From NCBI RefSeq assembly GCF_001306055.1, contig NZ_LGHJ01000024.1:63938-95937 (forward strand): 32,000 bases of DNA, in the 5' to 3' direction. Source of the DNA: Bellilinea caldifistulae (GTDB taxonomy: Bacteria > Chloroflexota > Anaerolineae > Anaerolineales > Anaerolineaceae). Positions 9,322 through 18,425 of this stretch are shown here, piece by piece; positions within the stretch are counted from its first letter, which is position 1, and the number at the start of each line of letters is the position of its first letter. The position numbers and the translations under genes were made by a program. Under the pieces are notes generated by a model. That model was given only the letters and a program-made list of their open reading frames with translations, was not told the origin of the DNA and searched no databases.

Positions 9322-9359
9322 CACCAACCTGTGCCTGCGGGAATTTTGGAAGAATTAAA

Positions 9360-10508
9360 TTATACGCCCACTTTTGCCTTTATACCGGTCAGCATTACCG
9401 GCGGAAAGGGGATGCCGTTATACCGTTCGAGCGAGTTGGTGTATGCCCCGGCCGGGAAGATGTACAGGCGGTCGCCCAGCGTCAGGCTGGCCGGCAGGTA
9501 CACCTCGCTGCGAATGACGTCGGCACTGTCGCAGGTTGGGCCACTGACGATGAAAGGAATCCGTTGCTCGTCTTGTTTTTTGCTGAGGATGTTGTAGGGA
9601 AAGTGAAACATCTCCAACCCTTCAATCAAGCCGTGAAAGACGCCGGTGTCCACATACAGCCATTCATGACCATTGCGGCGGGCGCGGTTGATGACCGTTG
9701 TCACCATCACGCCGGCATCACCGACCAGCCCGCGGCCGGGTTCAACCCATAACTCAGCCTGACCGCCGAACCAGCCCTGCCAGCGCAGTAGAACTTCTCG
9801 GGCGATTTCCTCAACCGCAGGGACGGGTTGGTCGAATTGGGAGGGAAATCCACCGCCGATGTTGATACAGGAAAGCGGGCTGCCGTTTTGCTGGAGGGCT
9901 TTCCAGAGCGGGCGCAGGCGTTCCAGCGCCCGTACCCACGCCAGCGGATCGCTGTTTTGCGAACCGACATGGAAAGTCAATCCATGGGGTTTCAAACCCA
10001 GCCGGATGGCTACTTCGAACAACCGCAGAGCTTCTTCCGGGGAGATGCCAAACTTGCGTTCCAGCGGCCAAAAACTACCTTCGTTATCCACGGCGATGCG
10101 CGCTGTCAGCAGTGCACCGGGAGCAAGGCGCGCCAGTTTTTCCACTTCCAGTTCCGAATCAAAGGCAAAAACCCGCACGCCAAACCGATAGGCCTGCTCG
10201 ATGTGTCGCGGGATTTTGGTCGGCGCGCTGAAGATCATCCGTTCAGCAGGCACGCCCGCAGCCGCCAACAGCTCAATTTCACCCCATGAAGCCACATCAA
10301 AGTCAATCCCTTCCTCAGCAAACAATTGCAGCACCTGCGGATGATTATTGGCTTTGACGGAGAAAAAGACCCGTCCGCCCGGAAAAGCAGCCCGAAAACG
10401 GCGCGCGTTCTCCCGCAGGCGGTTTTCATCCAGAACCAGAAAAGGGGTTTCCTCAATCCGCACCCCGGATAATAAGCGGTGAATTTCGTCCAAAGAATAC
10501 AGGCTCAT
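9360..10508 (-). CDS. Type III PLP-dependent decarboxylase (Orn/Lys/DAP/Arg decarboxylase family 2)
   Basis: PLP-lysine motif FFSVKANN, plus FHVGSQN, IGGGFPS, EPGRGLV and active-site SGPTCDSADV. ATG 10508 is preferred because GGAG lies 5 nt upstream. The ORF-track start 10535 has no SD. Confidence 0.85.
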   Translation of the reverse strand: MSLYSLDEIHRLLSGVRIEETPFLVLDENRLRENARRFRAAFPGGRVFFSVKANNHPQVLQLFAEEGIDFDVASWGEIELLAAAGVPAERMIFSAPTKIPRHIEQAYRFGVRVFAFDSELEVEKLARLAPGALLTARIAVDNEGSFWPLERKFGISPEEALRLFEVAIRLGLKPHGLTFHVGSQNSDPLAWVRALERLRPLWKALQQNGSPLSCINIGGGFPSQFDQPVPAVEEIAREVLLRWQGWFGGQAELWVEPGRGLVGDAGVMVTTVINRARRNGHEWLYVDTGVFHGLIEGLEMFHFPYNILSKKQDEQRIPFIVSGPTCDSADVIRSEVYLPASLTLGDRLYIFPAGAYTNSLERYNGIPFPPVMLTGIKAKVGV

Positions 10509-10632
10509 GGCAACTCCATTTCTAAATTCATTCAATCTACACCCACAAAAACGGGGATATTATAACCGTACTTTCAGTACAATAATAATAACCGTTTGAA
10601 TGGATTGCATAAACGTGGAAGGGAGGTGTGGA

Positions 10633-11520
10633 ATGAAGCTTCAACGGTTAGGATTACGCCAAATGGGGCGGGCTCTTCTGGTCATTGGGTTTTGGCTGGC
10701 CGGTTGTGCCGTTCCGCCGCCTCCGGCTACCCCCACCGCGGAAGTGAGCGAACCAACCGCCACGCTTACCCCAGTATTTACCGCAACACCGCTTCCCTCA
10801 CCAACCCCCAGCCTGACCCCGACGCCGGCGGCCAATGATTTGAGCCTGCCGTTGCGGGTGGCATTGTATTACCCGTGGCTGCCTGAGGACTGGGCGCAGA
10901 TCAGCCCACTGCCGGCTCGCGGCAAATATGATTCCCGTGACCCGGCGGTAATTGAAGATCAGATAAAGGAAATGAAACGGGCGGGTATTCAGGCCGCTGC
11001 CATGTTCTGGAAGGACGAGGAGGCGCGCCCTTTCCTTTCGGCCATTCTGCAGGCCAGCCGAGAGAAAGATTTTTACTGGGGAGTGCTGCTGGATTTGGAA
11101 AAACAAAGCGATCCATCTGCCGCCCTCATCCAGCAAGTTCTGGATGATCTGGCTCAATCCTTTGGCACCCACCCCAATATCTGGCGGCTGGAACGCCGAA
11201 TTGCCCTGATTGTGGATGTGGATGAGGTGGATGATGGCTGTGGAATGGTCAGTCGCTGGCTGGAAGCCAACCGTGAACAGAAGTTTTACCTGATCATGCA
11301 GGTTTTTCAAAATTACGACCGCTGTTCGAGCCAGCCGGATTTATGGGTGGATTTGTATCCCCAAACCCCCATTGATCCGCCGCCAACCAACGCTCAGACC
11401 CTGCTGGTCAATAGCTGGAACGGCAGTGATCTGGCTGCCCTGGAACGCAGCATGATGGAGTGGGGTGCTCAGGTGCAAGCCGCCGGTGCACCGCGCGGAT
11501 TACAGGTTGTCCGCGCTTAA
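10633..11520 (+). CDS. Lipoprotein with Pro/Thr linker and a possible glycoside-hydrolase-like (GH99-like) domain
   Basis: GGGAGG lies 6 nt upstream of ATG 10633. The signal peptide has a lipobox (LVIGFWLAGC) and is followed by the PT linker ATPTAEVSEPTATLTPVFTATPLPSPTPSLTPTP. VALYYPW...GKYDSRDPAVIEDQIKEMKRAGIQ resembles the N-terminus of GH99-type TIM barrels; this is a low-confidence functional hint. Confidence 0.75.
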   Translation: MKLQRLGLRQMGRALLVIGFWLAGCAVPPPPATPTAEVSEPTATLTPVFTATPLPSPTPSLTPTPAANDLSLPLRVALYYPWLPEDWAQISPLPARGKYDSRDPAVIEDQIKEMKRAGIQAAAMFWKDEEARPFLSAILQASREKDFYWGVLLDLEKQSDPSAALIQQVLDDLAQSFGTHPNIWRLERRIALIVDVDEVDDGCGMVSRWLEANREQKFYLIMQVFQNYDRCSSQPDLWVDLYPQTPIDPPPTNAQTLLVNSWNGSDLAALERSMMEWGAQVQAAGAPRGLQVVRA

Positions 11521-11538
11521 AACGATTGGGCGGGGGGC

Positions 11539-12447
11539 ATGAACGTCGAAGCCGCAGCCGTGTGGGGGGAAAGCGCCGATTACTACCTTGAAGTGCTGCG
11601 GCGCAATGGACAAGGGTACACTGCCCTGGTGGAGGAATTGCTCTTCAAAAACGAGGCGGTTTTGGTGGGCGCTGGCGATATTGCGATCTGCGGCGAAGAA
11701 GGTAGCCAGTACACCGCTGAACTATTGGATCAGATTCCCGGCACGGTTTTCACCGCAGGTGACAATTCCAATGAAGAGGGTTCAACCGCCAATTATCAGG
11801 TGTGCTTCGATCCGACCTGGGGACGACACAAAGACCGCATCTACCCGGCAGCCGGCAACCATGACTTACTCACCTCACAAGGCGCTCCCTACTACGCCTA
11901 TTTTGGTGAGCGTGCCGGGGAAGCGAGCAAGGGCTACTACAGTTTTGATCTGGGACAGTGGCATGTTATCGTCCTGAACAGTGTTTGTGAGTATGCCGGC
12001 GGGTGCGGCGAGGATTCGCCGCAAATGGAGTGGCTGAGAAAAGACTTGGCCGAACATACAAACCTTTGTACGCTGGCAATCTGGCATTACCCACTGTTCA
12101 CCTCGGGAACACGTGGCGGTAATGAGGTGGTGCGCCCATTCTGGAAAGCGTTGTACGAAGCCGGAGCAGATGTGATCGTCAACGGACACGATCACCACTA
12201 CGAACGATTTGCGCCGTTGAATCCGGATGGTCAACCTGACCCGGATCGAGGCATTCGCCAGTTTATTGTGGGCACCGGCGGGGCCGGATTGCGCGGGATT
12301 GGTGAGGTGGCTGCCCACAGCGAAAGACGCATCCTGTATACCTACGGCGTGTTGAAACTGGTGCTGAAAGGCAATGGTTATTACTGGGAATTTATGCCGG
12401 TAGCCGGCATGGGTGCAACCGACAGCGGCAGTGGTGTTTGTCACTGA
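11539..12447 (+). CDS. Calcineurin-like metallophosphoesterase
   Basis: All canonical motifs are present: GDIA, GDNSNEEG (GDxx), AGNHD (GNHD), WHYPLF, and NGHDHHYER (GHxH). No signal peptide. It is in the same reading frame as the upstream lipoprotein gene (see findings). Confidence 0.85.
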   Translation: MNVEAAAVWGESADYYLEVLRRNGQGYTALVEELLFKNEAVLVGAGDIAICGEEGSQYTAELLDQIPGTVFTAGDNSNEEGSTANYQVCFDPTWGRHKDRIYPAAGNHDLLTSQGAPYYAYFGERAGEASKGYYSFDLGQWHVIVLNSVCEYAGGCGEDSPQMEWLRKDLAEHTNLCTLAIWHYPLFTSGTRGGNEVVRPFWKALYEAGADVIVNGHDHHYERFAPLNPDGQPDPDRGIRQFIVGTGGAGLRGIGEVAAHSERRILYTYGVLKLVLKGNGYYWEFMPVAGMGATDSGSGVCH

Positions 12448-12557
12448 TAATTTGGGTATAATTGAGTAGCCGCAGATCGCAACATTTCCGCCGTTTTCGC
12501 CTGCCGCTTGAATTTGCGGTGTGAGCGTTCAACCTACTTGTTACGGGAGAGTGTCAG

Positions 12558-13514
12558 ATGATTGTTACAACCAAAGAATTATTCAAAGCCGCTTACGGCA
12601 AGTACGCCATTGGAGCCTACAACATCAATAATCTGGAACAGACGATGGGGCTGTTCCGCGGCAATCTGGACAGCCAGGCGCCGTTCATTATCCAGATCAG
12701 CAAAGGCGCGCGTTCGTACACGCACAAACTGATGCTGGAAGCCCTGATTCGAGCGGCGGATCAAATCTTCCCCGACGCCATTTTTGCCGTTCATCTCGAC
12801 CACGGCGATGAAGAGACCTGTTACGACTGTATTAACAGCGGTTTCTACTCCTCGGTGATGATTGATGCCAGCCACGAGGACTTTGAGACCAATATCGCCA
12901 TCACCCGTCGGGTGGTGGAAGCAGCTCATGCCAGGGGGATTGTGGTAGAAGCCGAATTGGGGCAGTTAGGCGGCGTGGAAGAACATGTCTCGGTGGATGA
13001 AGCCGACGCAAAGTTGACCGATCCCAAAAAAGCCCGAGAATTTGTGGAACGCACCGGTTGCGATTCGCTGGCGGTGGCGATTGGCACCAGCCATGGCGCC
13101 TATAAATTCAGCGGTTCCCAGGGCCTGCGCTTTGATGTGCTGGAGCAGATTCAAAAAGAATTACCGGGGTTTCCGCTGGTCATGCACGGCAGCAGTTCGG
13201 TTCCGCAGGAGGAAGTTGAGCGCATCAATGCCGCCGGTGGGCAGATTAAAGGCGCCAAGGGTGTGGATGAGAACAGCTTCCGGCGGGCAGCCGAACTGGG
13301 TGTGACCAAAGTGAACATTGATACCGACGGGCGGCTGGTGTGGACGCGGGTACACCGGGAGTACTTCCGCGATCACCCGGAAAACTTTGACCTGCGCCCG
13401 ATTGGCAAGGTGTTCATGGCCGAATACGCGAAATTCATTGCCCACAAGAATGAAAAACTGGGCAGTGCCGGCAGGCTGGAAGAAGTTCGTAAGTTGATTA
13501 TGGAAAAAGCCTGA
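12558..13514 (+). CDS. fba: Class II fructose-1,6-bisphosphate aldolase
   Basis: GAYNINNLEQ, IIQISKGARSY, zinc-ligand motif VHLDHGD, and GTSHGAYKF are typical of class II FBA / ketose-bisphosphate aldolases. GGGAGAG lies 6 nt upstream of the ATG. Confidence 0.92.
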   Translation: MIVTTKELFKAAYGKYAIGAYNINNLEQTMGLFRGNLDSQAPFIIQISKGARSYTHKLMLEALIRAADQIFPDAIFAVHLDHGDEETCYDCINSGFYSSVMIDASHEDFETNIAITRRVVEAAHARGIVVEAELGQLGGVEEHVSVDEADAKLTDPKKAREFVERTGCDSLAVAIGTSHGAYKFSGSQGLRFDVLEQIQKELPGFPLVMHGSSSVPQEEVERINAAGGQIKGAKGVDENSFRRAAELGVTKVNIDTDGRLVWTRVHREYFRDHPENFDLRPIGKVFMAEYAKFIAHKNEKLGSAGRLEEVRKLIMEKA

Positions 13515-13542
13515 AACCGAAACGTATTCATATTGCTGAAAA

Positions 13543-13570
13543 AGCCCGGTGGTGGATGGACTGCCGGGCT
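13543..13570 (+). terminator. Possible terminator hairpin after fba
   Basis: AGCCCGG (13543-13549), 14-nt loop, CCGGGCT (13564-13570), followed by TAATT. The loop is large and the U-tract weak. Confidence 0.35.
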
Positions 13571-13641
13571 TAATTCATCCCTGAGTAAAAAGCCAGTTTT
13601 AACAGATAGGGTATAATGGTTAAAGCAGGGAACGATCAAGC

Positions 13642-15378
13642 ATGTCATCTCAGGATCTGAACAGGGCGATTCAACTGGCGAGGGCGGGAGACAAAAAAGC
13701 TGCCCGACAGATTTTGCTGCGGCTGGTACAGGAACAGCCGACCAATGAAATGGCGTGGATCTGGCTGGCGGATACAATGCCGGACGATGCCCGGCGGATT
13801 GCTACCCTCAAACAATGTTTGAAGATGATTCCGCAGAGTCAGGTGGCACGCAAAGCCTTGCAGGTGCTGGAATCGGCTCAAAAGCCGGCTGCACCGCTCG
13901 AAAAGCCGGCCGAACCCCGGCCTGTTGTCCGTCCAGGGGGGACATCTCAATCCTTTGTGCCGCAACCGCCTCCCGAAGAGAGCGGGTTTGATGACCTGCT
14001 TTCACTGCGGGAAGAGGTGGTTCTGCCGGAGGAAGAAGGCAAAACGCCGCCCTTTGTGCTTGAAGAACCTGAACCGGAAGCGGCAGCACTGCAATGGCCG
14101 ACTGCCAACCAGCCAACTACCGGTCAGCCAACCGTGGAACCCTTTGTGGACACCGCGGCAATTGAGCAGCTGCGCCAGCAAGCTCAAAAGGTGACCTCTT
14201 CGCCGGTCGAAAAAGTTGTCGAAACCGGTCAGGAGGTCGGGAGGAAGGTCTCTTCCGTGCGGTGGGGGGCAATTTTTGGTGTCCTCCTCTTTGCGGTGGT
14301 GGTGGGGGTTGCGGCTTATTTCGTGTGGTACAGTCCCAACAGCCCATTTCGCTTGAATTCCCAACAACCGTTACCTCCGGAACTGGGGAATTATCAGCCC
14401 CCCAGAGAAACTCCCGTGATCGAAACACCGGTGGTGGTCACTCCCCTGGTTACTGAGGAAGTGCAGGCTACCGAAGCCGAGGAAGAGATCATCGGCACAC
14501 CACCGCCCCCCGGCATTTATTTGAGCGGAACGCCGGTCAATTCCTTTGATTGGTCGCCGGACGATACCTTTGTGGTGGTTTCGGCGGGCGGCGGACTTTC
14601 GGTGTACGATTCGCAGAATTATGGCACACTGCGCTACCTGGATCTGACCGGCAGTAAAGCGGCTTGCCGCATTTCGCCGGCCGTGGATCGTGCGGTTTGC
14701 GCTGGTCAATTGTTGTGGGCGTGGTCGCTGCCGGATTGGAATTTGGAGATTGAAGCGCCGCCGCCGAGCGGCTTACCCGGCAGTTGGATTGGCCTGTTCG
14801 ATTTTGTCACCTCGGATTTACTGACACTGGTTTATGAAAGCGATTTGCAAAGCGTGGAGATCTGGTCGCTGGGCATTCAGCAGCGGGATGGTGATTTGCT
14901 GCGTGCGCCCTCGCCCATTCAACGCTTGACCACTTCACCGGAAAGCGGCTTGATTGCGGCGGGCCTGTTCGACGGCCGGGTGATCATCTGGAGCTTAGAA
15001 ACCCGCCAGCCTGTCTTTCAGCGAAGCGTACAGGATCAGCCGGTGATGTGGCTGGCGCTCAGCGCCGACGGCAAACGCTTGATGACGGCTGCCTCCCTGC
15101 CGCCGGTGCGGATTTGGGAAATTCCCTCCGGTCGGCTGATTGCTGAAATTCAAACCGAGAACACTTTCACGGCATTGGCTTTTTCTGCCGATGGCGAAAG
15201 CATGGTTTGGGCTGATAAAAATGGCCTGGTGACCCATCAACAAATTAAGGACGGAAGCGTGTTGAGGCGGGTGGATGTGGGTGTGCCGGTGCGCGAAATC
15301 CGCTTTTCGCCCGATCAAACTCGGATTGCGGTTGTGACCACACTGGGGGATATTTATTTCTATGCGCTTGTGCCGTGA
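13642..15378 (+). CDS. Single-pass membrane protein: cytoplasmic TPR-like N-terminus, Pro/Glu-rich linker, TM helix, extracytoplasmic WD40-like beta-propeller
   Basis: N-terminus LNRAIQLARAGDKKAARQILLRLVQEQPTNEMAWIWLA (TPR-like). TM helix WGAIFGVLLFAVVVGVAAYFVWY. C-terminal repeats of WD40 type (SPESGLIAAGLFDGRVIIWSL, SADGKRLMTAA..VRIWEI, SADGESMVWADKNG, SPDQTRIAVVT). Confidence 0.8.
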   Translation: MSSQDLNRAIQLARAGDKKAARQILLRLVQEQPTNEMAWIWLADTMPDDARRIATLKQCLKMIPQSQVARKALQVLESAQKPAAPLEKPAEPRPVVRPGGTSQSFVPQPPPEESGFDDLLSLREEVVLPEEEGKTPPFVLEEPEPEAAALQWPTANQPTTGQPTVEPFVDTAAIEQLRQQAQKVTSSPVEKVVETGQEVGRKVSSVRWGAIFGVLLFAVVVGVAAYFVWYSPNSPFRLNSQQPLPPELGNYQPPRETPVIETPVVVTPLVTEEVQATEAEEEIIGTPPPPGIYLSGTPVNSFDWSPDDTFVVVSAGGGLSVYDSQNYGTLRYLDLTGSKAACRISPAVDRAVCAGQLLWAWSLPDWNLEIEAPPPSGLPGSWIGLFDFVTSDLLTLVYESDLQSVEIWSLGIQQRDGDLLRAPSPIQRLTTSPESGLIAAGLFDGRVIIWSLETRQPVFQRSVQDQPVMWLALSADGKRLMTAASLPPVRIWEIPSGRLIAEIQTENTFTALAFSADGESMVWADKNGLVTHQQIKDGSVLRRVDVGVPVREIRFSPDQTRIAVVTTLGDIYFYALVP

Positions 15379-15393
15379 TGATTTGTTCGTTGA

Positions 15394-18357
15394 ATGAATA
15401 CACAAATTGCCCTCTATCTGGTTGTGCTTAATTTTGCGGCTGTCCTGTCTTTTACGATGGCGGCTTATTCAAACTTGAGAAAATCAGTACCAGCCGCCCG
15501 CCCGTTTGGCATCTTGAGCGTGAGAATCGGCCTGTATACGCTTTTCTACATGTTCGAAATGATCAGCATCCCGCTGAATGTAAAAGAAGCCTTTTACACC
15601 CTGAAATATCTGGGCATCATGATGATGCCCATTGGTTTTGTTTGGTTTACGCTGGAATATACCGGGCGAAAATCGCAATTTACCCGCCGATGGTTGATTT
15701 TTACCGGTCTGATTTGCGCATTGGTCTGGCTGTTGGTGGCAACCAACCCGCTGCATAACGGCTTTTACAGCGATGCGCATCTGGAAATCCATCAAAGTTT
15801 CGTCATCATGGCTTTCCAGCCCGGTATCGTCTTCTACTTTTACATGGTTTATTTGATCTGTCTGGCGTTGATCTGTATGGGACTGCTGGTGGATTACTTC
15901 TTTCGTACCAGTTTTTACCGTCGCCAGCAGGTGCTGATATTGTTTTTGGGCGCCATGCTGCCGCTTTTGGTCGGTATTTACCTGTTGTTGAACTCAACCC
16001 CGTGGCGCAATATTCACCTGATTTCGGTTGCCTTTGCGGTCAGCGTACCGATCCTCTCCCTGGGTGTGTTCCGCTACCGCTTGCTGGATGTGGTGCCGGA
16101 GGTACGCACGTTGATACTGGAAGCGATGGATGACAGCGTAATCGTCATCAACCGCGACGGGCGAATTGTTGACCTCAATCCGGCAGCCGAACGTTTTTTG
16201 GGGGCAGCCATGCAGGAAGCCATCGGCGTTCCATTGCGCGAGTTCTTTCCCGAATGGGAAACGCTCAGCCGAGAGGCACAGGCGAACGAGCGTTACGAAA
16301 CCGAATTAGAAATCCGGCGCGGGGATGCAGCGAAATCACTGCGGTTGTCTTCGTGGAAGATGTCCACGTGGTGGGGCGGTTCGGCCGGGAGGCTGATTCT
16401 CTTGCAGGACATCAGCGACTTCCGCCGGATGGAAAAAGGTCTTCGGCAAGCCAAAGAAGCGGCTGAGAAAGCCACCCGCGCCAAATCGCTCTTTCTGGCA
16501 AATATGAGCCATGAAATTCGCACACCGATCAACGCGGTGCTGGGGATGACCAGTCTGCTGCTGAATACCCGTCTTTCGGAGGATCAAAGCGAGTATGTGC
16601 AGGCCATTCGCACGGCCGGCAGTACTTTATTGAATGTGATTAATGAAGTGCTGGATTATTCCAAAATCGAAGCCGGCCGGGTGCAATTACAGGAAGAGAG
16701 TTTTGATCTGGAAACCTGCCTGGAGGATGCGCTGGAGATGGTCGCTCCACAGGCCAGCTCGCGCGGATTGAATTTGACCTTTTGGATTGGCCCGGAAGTT
16801 GCCTGCCGCTTACGGGGGGATGAAGGCCGTCTGCGGCAGATTCTGGTCAATTTGCTCGCCAATGCGGTCAAATTCACCGAAACGGGCTGGGTTGATCTCT
16901 CTGTCGAACAGGTTGCCGAGAGTGGGCACGAGGGGCAGGAGCGGCTGCACTTTCGGGTGACCGACACCGGTATCGGCATACCCCCGGAACGGCTGCCGCT
17001 ACTGTTTGAGGAATTTTCACAGGCGGGCCATGAGGTTTCGCAGCGTTACGGCGGTACCGGTCTGGGACTGGCTATTTGCCGCCGTCTGGTGGAGGCAATG
17101 GGCGGAAGAATTTGGGCGGAAAGCCAGCCGGGCGCGGGTTCAACGTTTCAGTTTATTGTGCCGTTTGGCTGTGATGGTTCCAAGCCGGCCTACCCTCACC
17201 TGAGGGGTAAAAAATTACTCATCCTCACCGCCGACGAAAATACGCGGCGGATGCTGGAATCGTTTGCCGCCCGGCGTGGCATGGAGGCATTCAGCCCGGT
17301 TGGTCATGCTCAGACCCTGGCGTTCCTTGCGGATTCTCATTTGTATGATGTTGGCGTGGTGGACCAGCACTGGCAAGGTGATCGGGGGAGCGTAGAATTT
17401 CCGCAGGCGTGGAAATATCTAACAGCGAGGGGCGCGCCGTGGCTGTTGTTGAAACAGTACGGCAGTTCCAAAATCGTTGAAAAAGACGAAGAAAATTTTA
17501 CCTCCATCCTCTATTCGCCGATTAAGTTCTCTCAATTGAGCGCCCTGTTGGAGCAACTCTTTGCGGCCGGTTCTACTCAGGAAACGGAAAAGAGAAGGGC
17601 TGCCGGTAGTTCATCCAACGGGATGGGTGAATTTTCACAACGGTATCCCCTGCGGGTGCTGGTGGTAGATGACAATGCCCTGAACCGCAAGGTGGTCTTG
17701 CTATTTTTGCAACAACTGGGTTATCAGCCGAGCGGAGCTGCCAGTGGAGCGGAAGCATTGGCGCTGCTCCAGTCCCGGCTTTATGATCTGGTGCTGCTGG
17801 ATGTGCAGATGCCGGAGATGGATGGGCTGGAGGCAGCCCGCCGTATTCGCTCCCTTATAGCGCCGGAACAGCAGCCCTATCTGGTTGCCCTGACTGCTTT
17901 CACCTTTGAAGATATGCGTCTGCAAGCGCTGGAAGCGGGCATGGATGATTGTCTGCACAAGCCCCTGACTCTGGATCAATTGAAGAAGGTGCTTCGCAAG
18001 GTTTCAAAGCAACGCCAGGGCAAAGGACTGGAATCGGAGAATCCGATGCTGACAGTACCATCCAGCACCATCTTGCAGGAATTGGGGGAAGAGGGCGAAG
18101 AAATTGGCAATCTTTTCCGTGAGGAAATTGCCCGAAATTTACCCCGGCTGGATCTGGCAATGCAAACCGGGGCATTCGAAGAAGCCGGAGAGATTGCTCA
18201 CTCGCTCAAATCGGCCTGCGCATTTTTGGGGGATCAGGAAAATGCGCAGCGGTGTGGGGTGCTGGAAAAACACACGCGCAACGGTCATTTGCCTTCTGAG
18301 GAATGGATGAGCGAATTTTTCCAGCGGCTGCGGGATAGCTACCTCAAGCGGGTGTAA
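15394..18357 (+). CDS. Hybrid sensor histidine kinase: 7TM sensor, PAS, HisKA, HATPase_c, degenerate receiver, REC, Hpt
   Basis: Seven N-terminal hydrophobic helices (HisKA_7TM-like) and a PAS domain ([26 protein letters not shown]). H-box [12 protein letters not shown] (His codon 16510-16512), N-box [13 protein letters not shown]-boxes DTGIGI and [12 protein letters not shown] domain [12 protein letters not shown]...[13 protein letters not shown]...HKPL. Hpt motif [11 protein letters not shown]. Confidence 0.92.
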   Translation: MNTQIALYLVVLNFAAVLSFTMAAYSNLRKSVPAARPFGILSVRIGLYTLFYMFEMISIPLNVKEAFYTLKYLGIMMMPIGFVWFTLEYTGRKSQFTRRWLIFTGLICALVWLLVATNPLHNGFYSDAHLEIHQSFVIMAFQPGIVFYFYMVYLICLALICMGLLVDYFFRTSFYRRQQVLILFLGAMLPLLVGIYLLLNSTPWRNIHLISVAFAVSVPILSLGVFRYRLLDVVPEVRTLILEAMDDSVIVINRDGRIVDLNPAAERFLGAAMQEAIGVPLREFFPEWETLSREAQANERYETELEIRRGDAAKSLRLSSWKMSTWWGGSAGRLILLQDISDFRRMEKGLRQAKEAAEKATRAKSLFLANMSHEIRTPINAVLGMTSLLLNTRLSEDQSEYVQAIRTAGSTLLNVINEVLDYSKIEAGRVQLQEESFDLETCLEDALEMVAPQASSRGLNLTFWIGPEVACRLRGDEGRLRQILVNLLANAVKFTETGWVDLSVEQVAESGHEGQERLHFRVTDTGIGIPPERLPLLFEEFSQAGHEVSQRYGGTGLGLAICRRLVEAMGGRIWAESQPGAGSTFQFIVPFGCDGSKPAYPHLRGKKLLILTADENTRRMLESFAARRGMEAFSPVGHAQTLAFLADSHLYDVGVVDQHWQGDRGSVEFPQAWKYLTARGAPWLLLKQYGSSKIVEKDEENFTSILYSPIKFSQLSALLEQLFAAGSTQETEKRRAAGSSSNGMGEFSQRYPLRVLVVDDNALNRKVVLLFLQQLGYQPSGAASGAEALALLQSRLYDLVLLDVQMPEMDGLEAARRIRSLIAPEQQPYLVALTAFTFEDMRLQALEAGMDDCLHKPLTLDQLKKVLRKVSKQRQGKGLESENPMLTVPSSTILQELGEEGEEIGNLFREEIARNLPRLDLAMQTGAFEEAGEIAHSLKSACAFLGDQENAQRCGVLEKHTRNGHLPSEEWMSEFFQRLRDSYLKRV

Positions 18358-18425
18358 AATAGATGCTTACCGTTTCGTTCCTGATAGGGGAACAATTGAC
18401 GATTCTTCTCAGGATTGAGGCTTGA

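Noticed and set aside
12457-12462. TATAAT hexamer upstream of fba as a promoter -10 (and a similar TATAAT at 13612-13617 upstream of the TPR-WD40 gene).
   Set aside because: No acceptable -35 lies at 16-18 nt spacing in either case (the best TTGTCA at 12438-12443 is only 13 nt away). I did not annotate them, though they may still be real, for example -35-independent promoters.
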